64,000 bases of DNA from Kiritimatiellia bacterium (GTDB lineage Bacteria > Verrucomicrobiota > Kiritimatiellia > RFP12 > JBMNHG01): contig JBMNHG010000002.1 of the NCBI GenBank assembly GCA_050950285.1, positions 692,654 to 756,653 on the forward strand, given 5' to 3'. The first letter of the stretch is position 1, and each line of letters begins with the position of its first letter. This document shows, piece after piece, positions 1 through 9,127 of this stretch. The notes below the pieces were generated by a model. The model saw only the letters and a list, made by a program, of their open reading frames with translations. It ran no database searches and was not told the DNA's origin. Position numbers and translations under genes: made by a program.

Positions 1-92
1 AATGGCTTGATGCCCACCCGGATTATCCCAAGAATGCCTTTGAAGTCGATTTTCATTCTCCTTGGTGAATTTCTGGACAATCATACTGATAG
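1..92. mobile_element. AT-richer segment truncating the adjacent transposase; probable end of another inserted element
   Basis: Composition shifts abruptly at ~92, right after the transposase motif VDDTTVRKSGMRIP, where transposase-like sequence ends. Confidence 0.4.
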
Positions 93-757
93 GAATGCGC
101 ATCCCCGACTTGCGCACGGTCGTGTCGTCGACGCCGAAGACCAGCGGACGCTCCGGGGGCACGGCGGCGCCGACCTCCTCCAGCGCCTTGTCGAGCAACG
201 CTCCCGCATCGACCCGGTCACGGCTGTAGAGGCGGTATTCCGCCGTCCAGTCCGAGTCGGCCCGCCCGCCGAGGCAGACGAGGTTCGAGAGCGTCGCCCG
301 GTCCGGCAGGAGCAGCGCCGAGATCAGGTGCGACCGGAGCCTTCCGGCGGCGGCCGGCCGTGAAGTGGCGCCGCAATCCCCGAGCAGCGCCTCGAACGCG
401 CTCTTCAGCGGCGTCCCGTTTTTTTTTCCACGTCCACGGGGTTGGGCGGCGCATCGGGGCGCGAGAGGATGATGTTGGCCTTGTCGGCCACGATCCACTC
501 GACATGCTCCCCTTTCCGTATCTCCAGCGCATGCGCCAGAGCCGAGGGTATCGTCGCGTAGAACTGCTCGCTGCCCTTGCGGGCGATGTGCTGAACCTTG
601 GTCTTGTATCCCATGTCGCTCTCCTGATTGGGGGTGATGCCCGTATCATAGTTGATCCACTATGATAAAAGCAACAGGAAAAGCGAGCGTTTCAACACGT
701 TGATGGCTTCGCCGCATCAAAACCCATGGAAAATCATAGTAGAAGGCCAAACTCCAG
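93..757 (-). mobile_element. Truncated IS: AbrB-like ORF plus -1 frameshifted DDE transposase N-terminus (IS701/IS4-superfamily-like)
   Basis: Minus frame after A9 run reads NGTPLKSAFEALL...DWTAEYRLYSRDR...PLVFGVDDTTVRKSGMRIP; presumed end 5'-CTGGAGTTTGGCC at 757 abuts a half MITE. Confidence 0.7.
405..614 (-). CDS. AbrB/MazE/SpoVT-like small DNA-binding protein (IS orfA)
   Basis: MGYKTKVQHI..QFYATIPSALAHALEIRKGEHVEW fits the swapped-hairpin pattern; ends on A9 slippery run (419-427). Confidence 0.7.
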   Translation of the reverse strand: MGYKTKVQHIARKGSEQFYATIPSALAHALEIRKGEHVEWIVADKANIILSRPDAPPNPVDVEKKTGRR

Positions 758-815
758 TCACGGGTTGGAAAACTCGTGCCCCTGTTTTGCAGCATGAATT
801 GTGGCCGGGTTAGTA
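757..815 (-). repeat. Half copy of the REP-containing MITE also at 30399-30552
   Basis: Reverse complement matches 30399-30457 at 54/59 nt. Confidence 0.85.
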
Positions 816-861
816 TCCAAACGCCAGCCTTGATGCGCCGGGGAATCGACAACAGGCAGGT

Positions 862-1425
862 TCAACCGTTCAGCCGCCGGCGAAGCGCCGTCCATCCCGG
901 CAGCCGCCGGTCCATCAACGCCCGGAAATCGGGCCCGTGCCCGTGGATTTCGAGGTGCGTCAATTCGTGGACGACGACGTACTCGATCCGCTCGCGATCC
1001 ATCCGGGCGAGTTCCGTGTTGAAGGTGATCCGCCGGCGCCGGGAATTGCACGACCCCCACCGGGTCTTCATGTTGCGGAACGTCCAGGTCACATCCGGCT
1101 CGCCCAGGCGGGCGGTCCACTCCGCCATCAGCTCGCCGACAAGCCCGGCCAGCGCGGCCAGGCCATCCGCGTCCAACGGCGGCCGGGGCGCTGCGGCCGC
1201 AGCCAGGATCCGCTCCCTCGTGCGGACGACCCACCCCCATTGGGGAACGAGGAACGCCTCGGCCTCCGCGAGCGTCCCCCGCCGCTTCGGCAGGGAAAGA
1301 CGGACATCCCCGTCGCGCTTGATGCGGATGCCGATCCATCGGACCGGCCGCCGCTCGACCGCGACGGGGATGCCGCCCACGATGTTCTGCCCGTATCGAA
1401 GCACGACGGCTTCCGGACAATCCAT
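862..1425 (-). CDS. YgjP/DUF45 (M48-like) zinc metalloprotein
   Basis: MKTRWGSCN, YVVVHELTHL, HGPDF motifs. Confidence 0.9.
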   Translation of the reverse strand: MDCPEAVVLRYGQNIVGGIPVAVERRPVRWIGIRIKRDGDVRLSLPKRRGTLAEAEAFLVPQWGWVVRTRERILAAAAAPRPPLDADGLAALAGLVGELMAEWTARLGEPDVTWTFRNMKTRWGSCNSRRRRITFNTELARMDRERIEYVVVHELTHLEIHGHGPDFRALMDRRLPGWTALRRRLNG

Positions 1426-1794
1426 CTACGCCTCGACGATCTTGGCGCCGGGGGCGTTCTTCCTGACGGAGGCGATGCCGGCGAGGGCGGAACGCTTCGT
1501 CGCGTAGGCCTCGCTCGCGGCGATGACCTGGCCATTCTTCGCCTTCAGGCGGAAGCGGGTCTTCCCGGCCTTGTCCGTGTACAGCTCGAACTTCGGATTC
1601 GCGATCTTCGCGGCGCCCGCGACGGTCTGGTCCTCGATCTCCGCGACGGGCGCGTTCGCCTGAACGCTCGCGATGCCGCCCTTCAATGACTTCGGCGAAG
1701 CGTAGACCTGGGAGGTGGCGATCACCTGTCCATTGGTCGACAGCAGGTTGAATTGCTGGCCTTTCCCGGCCTTTTTCACTTGGAACTTACCCAT
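1426..1794 (-). CDS. YegP family protein (tandem DUF1508)
   Basis: Two repeats FxL.(S/A).NGQVIA.S..Y..K.....GIASV..NAP. Confidence 0.9.
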   Translation of the reverse strand: MGKFQVKKAGKGQQFNLLSTNGQVIATSQVYASPKSLKGGIASVQANAPVAEIEDQTVAGAAKIANPKFELYTDKAGKTRFRLKAKNGQVIAASEAYATKRSALAGIASVRKNAPGAKIVEA

Positions 1795-2024
1795 CTTGGA
1801 TGTCCTTTGTTTTGGAGTTGCCTTGTGGTGGTTGCCCTGACAAGGGGGCGATCCCCTTGTTTCACCGTTGCATTCTACTCCGTCGCACGATATTCCGCAA
1901 GTCCGAATTGTCCCTGCAACATGCAGGGGGAAAGCAACATGCAGGGGGGGTGCCCCGGACGGGCGGTCCGGGAGGAGGTGGTGGCGGCGGGAAGAGGGCC
2001 TGCGGCCACCCCGTTTCCCGCGTC

Positions 2025-3398
2025 TTACCGGGCCGGTTTCCGGGGGCTTCCGCCGGGTTTCCGGGCACCCCGGGTGCTCCGGGTGCCGGTCTTCGACGGG
2101 CGCGGGCATCGGAGGGTGGCGGCGCGGGCGTGGCCGTCGAGACATTCCACGGCGCCGAAGGCCTCGATCACGGGGAGGGTTTCCTCCAGGTCGGCCCGGG
2201 TGAACTCGATGAGGCTGGTCCGGCGCATGAAGTCGCCCACGGTGAGGCCGGAGAACATGTGCGCGGCGCCGCCGGTGGGCAGCACGTGGCTGGGACCGGC
2301 CACGAAGTCGCCGGCCGATTCGGGCGTCCAGTGGCCAAGGAAGATGGCTCCGGCGGAGGTCACCTGCGAAGCGAGCGCCTTCGGGCGCGCCACGGACAAT
2401 TCGAGGTGTTCGGGGGCGAACGCGTTCACGAGGTCCACCGCCTGGACGAGGTCCGGCACCACGACGAGGAGGACGCCGCCTTCGTCCATCGTCTGGCGCA
2501 CGCGCGAGGCGCGGGAAAGGGTTTTCGACTGTTCGTCGAGCTGTTCGGACACGGCCTGGGCGAGTTCGGCGGAATCGGTCGCCAGGAGGGCCTTTTCGTT
2601 GCCGGTGCCGTGCTCGATCTGCGAAAGGAGGTCCGCCGCCACCCATTCGGGGCGGGCGGAGGAATCGGCCAGCACCGCGATTTCGCTGGGGCCGGCCACG
2701 AGGTCGAGCGCGACGGAGCCGTACACCTGCCGTTTCGCGGCGGTGACGTATGCGCCGCCCGGGCCGACGATCTTGCGCACGGGGCGGATCACCCCCGCGC
2801 CGTAGGCCATCATGCCGATCGCCTGGATGCCGCCCACGCGGTAGATTTCGGTGGCTCCGGCCACCTGGAGCGCATGGAGAAGCGCGGGGTTCACCGACTT
2901 GTCGGCGGCGCACGGGGTGCAGGCGACGATCTCGCGCACGCCGGCGACCTTGGCGAGGGTCACGGTCATCAGCGCGGTCGAGACGAGGGGCGTCACGCCG
3001 CCGGGGATGTAGGCGCCCACGCGGTCGAGGGGGGAGAACTGCTCGCCCAGCATGCCGCCGCAGGGGGTTTTGATCGACCAGTCGCGGGGGAGTCCCGCCC
3101 TGGCGAAGCGCACGATGCGGCGGTGGGCCTCGCGCACGGCGCGCCGCAGCGAGGCGGGGACGGCGGAGGCGGCGGAGGCGGCCTCCGCCTCGCCCACGCG
3201 AAGCTCGTGTGCGGCGAGGGGGGCGCGGTCGAAGGCGGCGATGGCCTCCAGCAAGGCGGGCTCGCCCTTCTCGCGGATCCTCTCGAGCACGGCGGCGGCG
3301 GCGGTCTCCGCCTTGGGATCGAAGGCGGGGCGGCGGAGGAAGTCCTCCACGATACGACAAGGGCGGTTCGCGGACCAGGTGACGATCTTCACGGGCAT
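2025..3398 (-). CDS. hisD: Histidinol dehydrogenase
   Basis: YIPGG, GGIQAI, VGPGGAYV, AGPSEI, APEHLEL, GPSHVLPT; start at MPVKIV inferred. Confidence 0.95.
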   Translation of the reverse strand: MPVKIVTWSANRPCRIVEDFLRRPAFDPKAETAAAAVLERIREKGEPALLEAIAAFDRAPLAAHELRVGEAEAASAASAVPASLRRAVREAHRRIVRFARAGLPRDWSIKTPCGGMLGEQFSPLDRVGAYIPGGVTPLVSTALMTVTLAKVAGVREIVACTPCAADKSVNPALLHALQVAGATEIYRVGGIQAIGMMAYGAGVIRPVRKIVGPGGAYVTAAKRQVYGSVALDLVAGPSEIAVLADSSARPEWVAADLLSQIEHGTGNEKALLATDSAELAQAVSEQLDEQSKTLSRASRVRQTMDEGGVLLVVVPDLVQAVDLVNAFAPEHLELSVARPKALASQVTSAGAIFLGHWTPESAGDFVAGPSHVLPTGGAAHMFSGLTVGDFMRRTSLIEFTRADLEETLPVIEAFGAVECLDGHARAATLRCPRPSKTGTRSTRGARKPGGSPRKPAR

Positions 3399-3676
3399 GA
3401 CGGGTACCGGATGGGGAGGGAGGGACTGCCAAGGGGATGGACGGGATGAAGACACGGTAGCAAAAAAGGGAACGCGGCGCAACGGCGCCGATCGCGGAGA
3501 CGCGGCCCGCCCGGCATGGAGAAGAGACCGGACGAACCCGCATGGCGCATGCGCCCGTCGCGACCCCGTGCGCATGGCTGCCCCCAAACAGGCCGTCCTT
3601 CTTTTTTTTGAAAATTCCGCTGGACATTCGGTGTCAAAGAATGTTGAATGATGTCACAAAAGGTCAAACCGTGGAC

Positions 3677-4147
3677 ATGGAACGCGATAGTGTTGGGCAA
3701 CCGATTGCCGGCGCGGCTTTTATGAGCAGCGTGACGCATTCGCTGGATCCCAGGCGCCGTCTCACGATCCCTGCCGGGTGGCGCGATGTGATGGGCGGGC
3801 CGCGCTATGTCTACGTGATGCCCGACCCGGTTTTGAGGTGTCTCAACCTTCTTCCGGTGAACGTGTTGTCCGAGATGCTCCCGAAACCGAAGGACGTGGG
3901 GCTTTTCAACAGCGGTGTCGATGCGGCCTTCGCGGCGCTTTCAAAGCATGCGGAACATCTTCCGCTGGACGTGCAGGGACGCATCCGCATCCGGGATGGC
4001 CTTTTGGACTGGGCAGGATTGCACGACAAGGTCGTGCTCGTGGGCATGAACTTCAAGATCCAGCTCTGGGCGCCGGAGAACTACCCCGGCTCCGAAGGCG
4101 TGGATCAGGCGGAACTGGCCGCCGCATTGAAGGCCCTGGGCATCTAG
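3677..4147 (+). CDS. mraZ: Division/cell wall cluster transcriptional repressor MraZ
   Basis: HSLDPRRRLTIPA and LDVQGRIRI repeats; upstream of rsmH. Confidence 0.9.
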   Translation: MERDSVGQPIAGAAFMSSVTHSLDPRRRLTIPAGWRDVMGGPRYVYVMPDPVLRCLNLLPVNVLSEMLPKPKDVGLFNSGVDAAFAALSKHAEHLPLDVQGRIRIRDGLLDWAGLHDKVVLVGMNFKIQLWAPENYPGSEGVDQAELAAALKALGI

Positions 4148-4239
4148 CCATTCGAAAGGGCATCGGACATTCGGTTTTGGGTTTGATTTTGGTTTCCCCG
4201 CGCATGCGCGGGTGCGAGGCGACAGGTGGAAGCGAGGCG

Positions 4240-5253
4240 ATGGGCGAGCATGTGACAGTGTTGTTGCGGGAGACGGTGGACAGTCTGGCGGTATCGCCGG
4301 GCGGTTCGTACGTCGATGCGACCCTGGGCGGCGGCGGCCATGCGGAAGAGATCCTCCGCCGCGCCGGCGAGGGCGCCCGCTTGCTCGGAATCGACCGCGA
4401 CCCCTTCGCCCTGGCAGCGGCGGGAAAGCGGCTTGCCCCCTTTGGAGAGCGTTTCACGCCCGCCCGCGGCAACCACGCGGAGTTGCGCGAGATTGCGGCG
4501 TCGCACGGCTTCGACGCGGTCGATGGCGTCGTGATGGACCTGGGCGTCTCCTCCTTCCAGCTCGACCAGGCGGAGCGGGGCTTCAGCTTCCGCGAGGACG
4601 GCCCGCTGGACATGCGCATGGATCCCACCTGCGGGGAGACCGCGGCGGAGCTGCTGGCCCGGCTGGACGAGGACGAACTGGCCGGCCTGCTCCGTCGCTA
4701 CGGCGAAGAGCCGAACGCCCGGCGCATCGCGCGCATGATCAAGCGCGAAGGCGAAACCAGGCCCTTCGAGACCACGGCGCAGCTGGCGGAGCGGGTCGAG
4801 CGGCTGACGGGGCGCCGCACGGGCCGGCATCCCGCCACCCGCACCTTCCAGGCGCTCCGCATGGCGGTGAACGCCGAACTTCCCGCGCTCGAGCGCGCGC
4901 TGGAGGGGGCGCTCGCGATCCTCAAGCCGGGCGGGCGGCTTGCCGTGATCAGCTTCGAAAGCTTGGGCGACCGGATCGTCAAGCGGTTCTTCGCCGCCCA
5001 CGTGGGCGCGGAGAAATCGCTCCCGCAGGGCGGTTCCCGCTGGGAGGGCTCCCTTCCCGCCGCCGCCTGGGTCCTTCGCCGCCCCCTTGTCCCGTCCGAA
5101 GCCGAACTCGCGGCCAACCCCCGCGCCCGCTCGGCGAAGCTCCGGGCGATCCGCCGTCTCCCCGATGGCGAAACCGCCTTCCACGCTCTTTCTTCATCGT
5201 CCGCTCCAACCCGTTTGGATTCCCCTTCCCCCCTGATGGAGGACACCCCATGA
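4240..5253 (+). CDS. rsmH: 16S rRNA m4C1402 methyltransferase
   Basis: HVTVLL, DATLGGGGH, DLGVSSFQLD, RGFSF, PLDMRM, NPRARSAKLR. Confidence 0.97.
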   Translation: MGEHVTVLLRETVDSLAVSPGGSYVDATLGGGGHAEEILRRAGEGARLLGIDRDPFALAAAGKRLAPFGERFTPARGNHAELREIAASHGFDAVDGVVMDLGVSSFQLDQAERGFSFREDGPLDMRMDPTCGETAAELLARLDEDELAGLLRRYGEEPNARRIARMIKREGETRPFETTAQLAERVERLTGRRTGRHPATRTFQALRMAVNAELPALERALEGALAILKPGGRLAVISFESLGDRIVKRFFAAHVGAEKSLPQGGSRWEGSLPAAAWVLRRPLVPSEAELAANPRARSAKLRAIRRLPDGETAFHALSSSSAPTRLDSPSPLMEDTP

Positions 5254-5681
5254 TTCGTCAACGCAGCCATTTTCCCACCTCCTCCCCCGCTTCCGGCCGG
5301 AAGCTCCGCAACCGCCGGAACCGCCGCCAGTTCGCGGTGGTCCTCAATCGCCCGGCCAAGGTCATGGCCGTGCTCGGCATCCTGGTAATCGCCCTGGTGA
5401 TGGTCCTGTGCCGGATGCACAACAAGAGCCAGAGCCTGGGGCGCCAGATCGCGGAGCTCGAGGCGCAGAAGCGCCAGCTGGAGATCGAATGCAGCCGCGA
5501 ACGCCTGAACTGGGCCGCGATGATTTCGCCGGACAAGCTCCACAGCGCCATGCTCCGCCACGGCATCGAGATGGAACTCCCGCGTTCCGAGCAGGTGGCG
5601 CGCCTCGCGATAGACGAGACGAAGCCGATCGAATACCTCCCCAACGAGTGGGCCGTCTTCCGTGCCGAGAACGCGCATTGA
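5250..5681 (+). CDS. ftsL: Cell division protein FtsL-like
   Basis: Basic N-terminus, single TM helix, coiled coil; lies between rsmH and ftsI. Confidence 0.7.
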   Translation: MIRQRSHFPTSSPASGRKLRNRRNRRQFAVVLNRPAKVMAVLGILVIALVMVLCRMHNKSQSLGRQIAELEAQKRQLEIECSRERLNWAAMISPDKLHSAMLRHGIEMELPRSEQVARLAIDETKPIEYLPNEWAVFRAENAH

Positions 5682-5745
5682 GCCCCGTCGCGCACGCGTT
5701 CCGCCCCGCCCGGCCCCCTAGGTGCCAGGGATAGGACTCCACGCC

Positions 5746-7485
5746 ATGGCGGACTCCTCCGGCGAATCTTGGATCTACATCATAGGCGCCGGCCTCTTCC
5801 TGTGGATGGCCGCCATGGGGTGGCGCGTCTGCTACCTCCACCTGTCGGAGGGGAAGACGCGGTCCTACCGGTTCACGACGATCCTCCCGGCGCCGCGCGG
5901 GCAGATCTACGACAGCGTGAACCACGAGCTCCCGCTGGCGGGGAACCTCGCGGCGTGGGACGTGGCGATCGACTACAAGAACCTCCCCCCCGAAGGGCCC
6001 GGGCGCGGCAAGATCGCCGGAATCCTGGCCGACGCGATGGACATGGATGCCGACGTGGTGCTGGATTACTTCCGGCGCGCCTGTGCGAGGGGGAATCGCG
6101 GCCTGCCGTTGGGCCGCACGCTCAACCCGGAGGTCGAGACGCTCGCCCGTTCCAAGGGGCCGCTCTTCCGGTACGTCAGCACGACCCGCACCTACGTGCG
6201 CCACTACCCGCAGAACGAGCGCCTTTGCCAGACGCTCGGATACGTGGACAAGGACGGCAACGGCGCCATGGGGCTCGAACGCGCCCTCGACGCCTACCTT
6301 CGCGGCGCCGAGGGCCGCATCGTCGGAACCCGCGACGCGTTCGGAAACGAGATCCGCCACCTCCGCAGTTCGGCGATCGCCCCCGAGCCGGGCGCCGACG
6401 TCTTCCTCACCATCGACTCGCGCATCCAGTACGCCGCGGAGACCGAGCTCCGGAACGCGATGGAGCAGCATCACGCGACGGGGGCCTGGGCGGTCGTGCA
6501 GCGCGTCCCGACCGGCGAACTCCTCGCCATCGCCTCGATGCCGGACTTCGACCTGAACCGCTACGCCGACTGCGACCGCGACTGCTGGCGCAACAAGTCC
6601 GTCATCTCGATGTACGAGCCCGGCTCGACGATGAAGACCCTCACCGTCGCCGCCGCCCTGAACGAACGGATCGTCACGCCGGACACCGTGATCGATGTCG
6701 GCCAGGGCCCGTGGTATTACGGGGGCTTCTACCTGCGCGACCATTCGGACGGGCCGATCACCGTCTCCACGATCATCAAGAAATCCAGCAACAAGGGCAC
6801 GGCCATGATCGCGCTGCGCCTTGGCAACGAGCGCCTCGAAGGCTACCTGCGCGCCCTGGGCTTCGGCTCGAAGGTGGGCATCGGGCTCCCTGCGGAATCG
6901 CCGGGCAGCCTCGACCGGCACCAGGCGTGGGACAAGGTGCGCCCCACCCGCATCGCCATCGGCCAGGGGATCGCGGTCACCGCCCTGCAAATGGCCAACC
7001 TCTACGCCACCCTCGGCAACGGCGGGACGATGATGAAGCCCTTCCTCGTGGAGCGCGTGGTCGCGGCGGACGGGACGGTCCTCGAGGAGAACCGCCCCAC
7101 GGTCATGGGGCGCCCCTTCCGTCCGGACACGGCCGCGAAGATGCGCGACATGCTCGTGAGCGTCACGGAGGCGGGCGGCACGGCGGGCCGCCACACGGCG
7201 GTGCAGGGCTTCCGCGTGGCCGGGAAGACCGGCACCGCGCAGATTCCCGGCATCGGAGGCTATTCGCAGACCGACTACTGGGCCACCTTCGTCGGATTCG
7301 CGCCCGCCGAGCGGCCCGAAGTCGCCATCGTCGTGGTCGTGGAACGCCCCAAGCCCCTCCATTCCGGCGGCGTGGTCGCCGCGCCCGTTTTCAGCCGCAT
7401 TGCCACCGCATCCCTCCAATACCTGGGCGTAACCCCGCCCGAGGCGGACGATACGGAGGCATCCAGGGAAAGGCCCTTCCAATGA
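5746..7485 (+). CDS. ftsI: Class B penicillin-binding protein (PBP3)
   Basis: APRGQIYD; YEPGSTMK (SxxK), SSN, KTG motifs; dcw position. Confidence 0.93.
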   Translation: MADSSGESWIYIIGAGLFLWMAAMGWRVCYLHLSEGKTRSYRFTTILPAPRGQIYDSVNHELPLAGNLAAWDVAIDYKNLPPEGPGRGKIAGILADAMDMDADVVLDYFRRACARGNRGLPLGRTLNPEVETLARSKGPLFRYVSTTRTYVRHYPQNERLCQTLGYVDKDGNGAMGLERALDAYLRGAEGRIVGTRDAFGNEIRHLRSSAIAPEPGADVFLTIDSRIQYAAETELRNAMEQHHATGAWAVVQRVPTGELLAIASMPDFDLNRYADCDRDCWRNKSVISMYEPGSTMKTLTVAAALNERIVTPDTVIDVGQGPWYYGGFYLRDHSDGPITVSTIIKKSSNKGTAMIALRLGNERLEGYLRALGFGSKVGIGLPAESPGSLDRHQAWDKVRPTRIAIGQGIAVTALQMANLYATLGNGGTMMKPFLVERVVAADGTVLEENRPTVMGRPFRPDTAAKMRDMLVSVTEAGGTAGRHTAVQGFRVAGKTGTAQIPGIGGYSQTDYWATFVGFAPAERPEVAIVVVVERPKPLHSGGVVAAPVFSRIATASLQYLGVTPPEADDTEASRERPFQ

Positions 7486-8984
7486 AACTTGCCACCCTCC
7501 TCGAAGGCGTCGAGACGCTCGAGCGCCTGGCCCCGGATTCGCTCGACATCGCCTCCGTGCAGTGCGATTCGCGGAAGGTGCGCCCCGGCGACCTCTTCGT
7601 GGCCGTGCGCGGCGAGCGGGACGACGGCCTCCACTACCTCCCGCAGGCCCTCGAGCGCGGCGCCGCCGCCATCGTCAGCGAACTGCCCGGCGCCTCGGCC
7701 CCCGCCGTGGCGGCGGGCCGCTGGATCCGCGTGGAAGACGCCCGGAGCGCCCTCGCCCGACTCGCCGCCGCCGCCGCGGGCCATCCGGCCGACACGCTCG
7801 CCGTGCACGCCGTGACCGGCACGAACGGCAAGACGACCACCTGCTGGCTCCTCCGCGACATGCTGCGCGCCGCCGGACGCACCCCAGGGCTGTCGACAAC
7901 CGTGATGTGCGCCTACGCCGACCGCGAAATCGCCTCCTCCCGCACCACGCCCGACGCCTGCGAGATGCAGGCCACCCTCAAGGCCATGCTCGACGCCGGC
8001 TGCGATTCCGCCGTGGTCGAAGCCTCCTCCCACGGCATCCTCCAGCACCGCGTCGGCGCCATGCGCCTCGCCTCCGCCGCCTTCACGAACCTCTCGCGCG
8101 ACCACCTGGACTACCATCGCGACTTCGAGAGCTACTACCGCGCCAAGCGCGGGCTCTTCGAACAGCTCGCCGCCACGAACCCCGGCCATGGCGTGGCCGT
8201 CGTGAACGGCGACGACCCCTATGGACGCCGCCTCGCCGACGAGATGGCGGCCGCCGGCCTGCGCGTGGAGACCTTCGGGTTCGGCCCCGGTAACCGCTGG
8301 CGCGCCGAGGAGGTCGCGCCCGACGCCACGGGATCGGACTTCCTCATGATCACCCCCGAAGGACGCCTCCCCATCCGCGTGCGCCTGCTGGGCCGCCACA
8401 ACATCGCGAACATGCTCTGCGCCGCCGCCATTTCCGCGGCGGCGGGCGGCGTGCCGATCGACGTCGTCGTGCGCGTGCTGCAGGACGCCACGCCCCGCTG
8501 GGGGCGGCTCGAGGTGGTTCCCACGCCCCTGCCCGCCACTTTCTTCGTGGACTACGCCCACACCGACGACGCCCTCGGGAAGGTGCTCGCCGCGCTCCGG
8601 GAAATCACGCGAGGCCGGCTGATCTGCGTCTTCGGATGCGGCGGCGACCGCGACCGCGCGAAACGCCCCAAGATGGGCGCCGCGGCCGGGACGCTCGCCG
8701 ACCACTCCATCGTCACGTCGGACAACCCCCGCACGGAAGATCCGGACGCCATCATCCGTGAAATCGAAGCGGGCTTCCCACCCGGCGCCTCCTACGAAAT
8801 CGAAGCCGACCGCGCCGCCGCCATCCGTCGCGCCATCCAGATCAGCCGCGAGGGCGACGTCGTGCTCGTCGCCGGAAAGGGCCACGAGACCTATCAGGAA
8901 TTCGCCAGCCGCACCATCCCCTTCGACGACCGCGAGCAACTCCGGACCCTCGCCGCTTCTGCAGACCCGAAAAGCCAGCCATAG
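7482..8984 (+). CDS. murE: UDP-MurNAc-L-Ala-D-Glu:meso-DAP ligase
   Basis: GTNGKTT, EASSHG, DHLDYH, DYAHT, DNPR (DAP-type), AGKGHE. Confidence 0.96.
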   Translation: MKLATLLEGVETLERLAPDSLDIASVQCDSRKVRPGDLFVAVRGERDDGLHYLPQALERGAAAIVSELPGASAPAVAAGRWIRVEDARSALARLAAAAAGHPADTLAVHAVTGTNGKTTTCWLLRDMLRAAGRTPGLSTTVMCAYADREIASSRTTPDACEMQATLKAMLDAGCDSAVVEASSHGILQHRVGAMRLASAAFTNLSRDHLDYHRDFESYYRAKRGLFEQLAATNPGHGVAVVNGDDPYGRRLADEMAAAGLRVETFGFGPGNRWRAEEVAPDATGSDFLMITPEGRLPIRVRLLGRHNIANMLCAAAISAAAGGVPIDVVVRVLQDATPRWGRLEVVPTPLPATFFVDYAHTDDALGKVLAALREITRGRLICVFGCGGDRDRAKRPKMGAAAGTLADHSIVTSDNPRTEDPDAIIREIEAGFPPGASYEIEADRAAAIRRAIQISREGDVVLVAGKGHETYQEFASRTIPFDDREQLRTLAASADPKSQP

Positions 8985-8990
8985 GGCGCG

Positions 8991-9036
8991 AGACGCGAGA
9001 CAAGCGACGCGAGAGGCTTCTTGTCTCGCGTCTTTT
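8991..9036 (+). terminator. Probable intrinsic terminator after murE
   Basis: 14-bp stem AGACGCGAGACAAG/CTTGTCTCGCGTCT followed by T tract. Confidence 0.65.
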
Positions 9037-9127
9037 GCCGCCGTTCGGGGCCTGTTTCCGCCCCCGGAAAATGCTTTTCCCGCTCCCCCCTTCCATCCTA
9101 CAATGCCCGCCGACAAGGGAGCCCGTC

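Noticed and set aside
405..614. Antitoxin of a toxin-antitoxin pair
   Set aside because: No toxin ORF adjacent; downstream frame is a transposase
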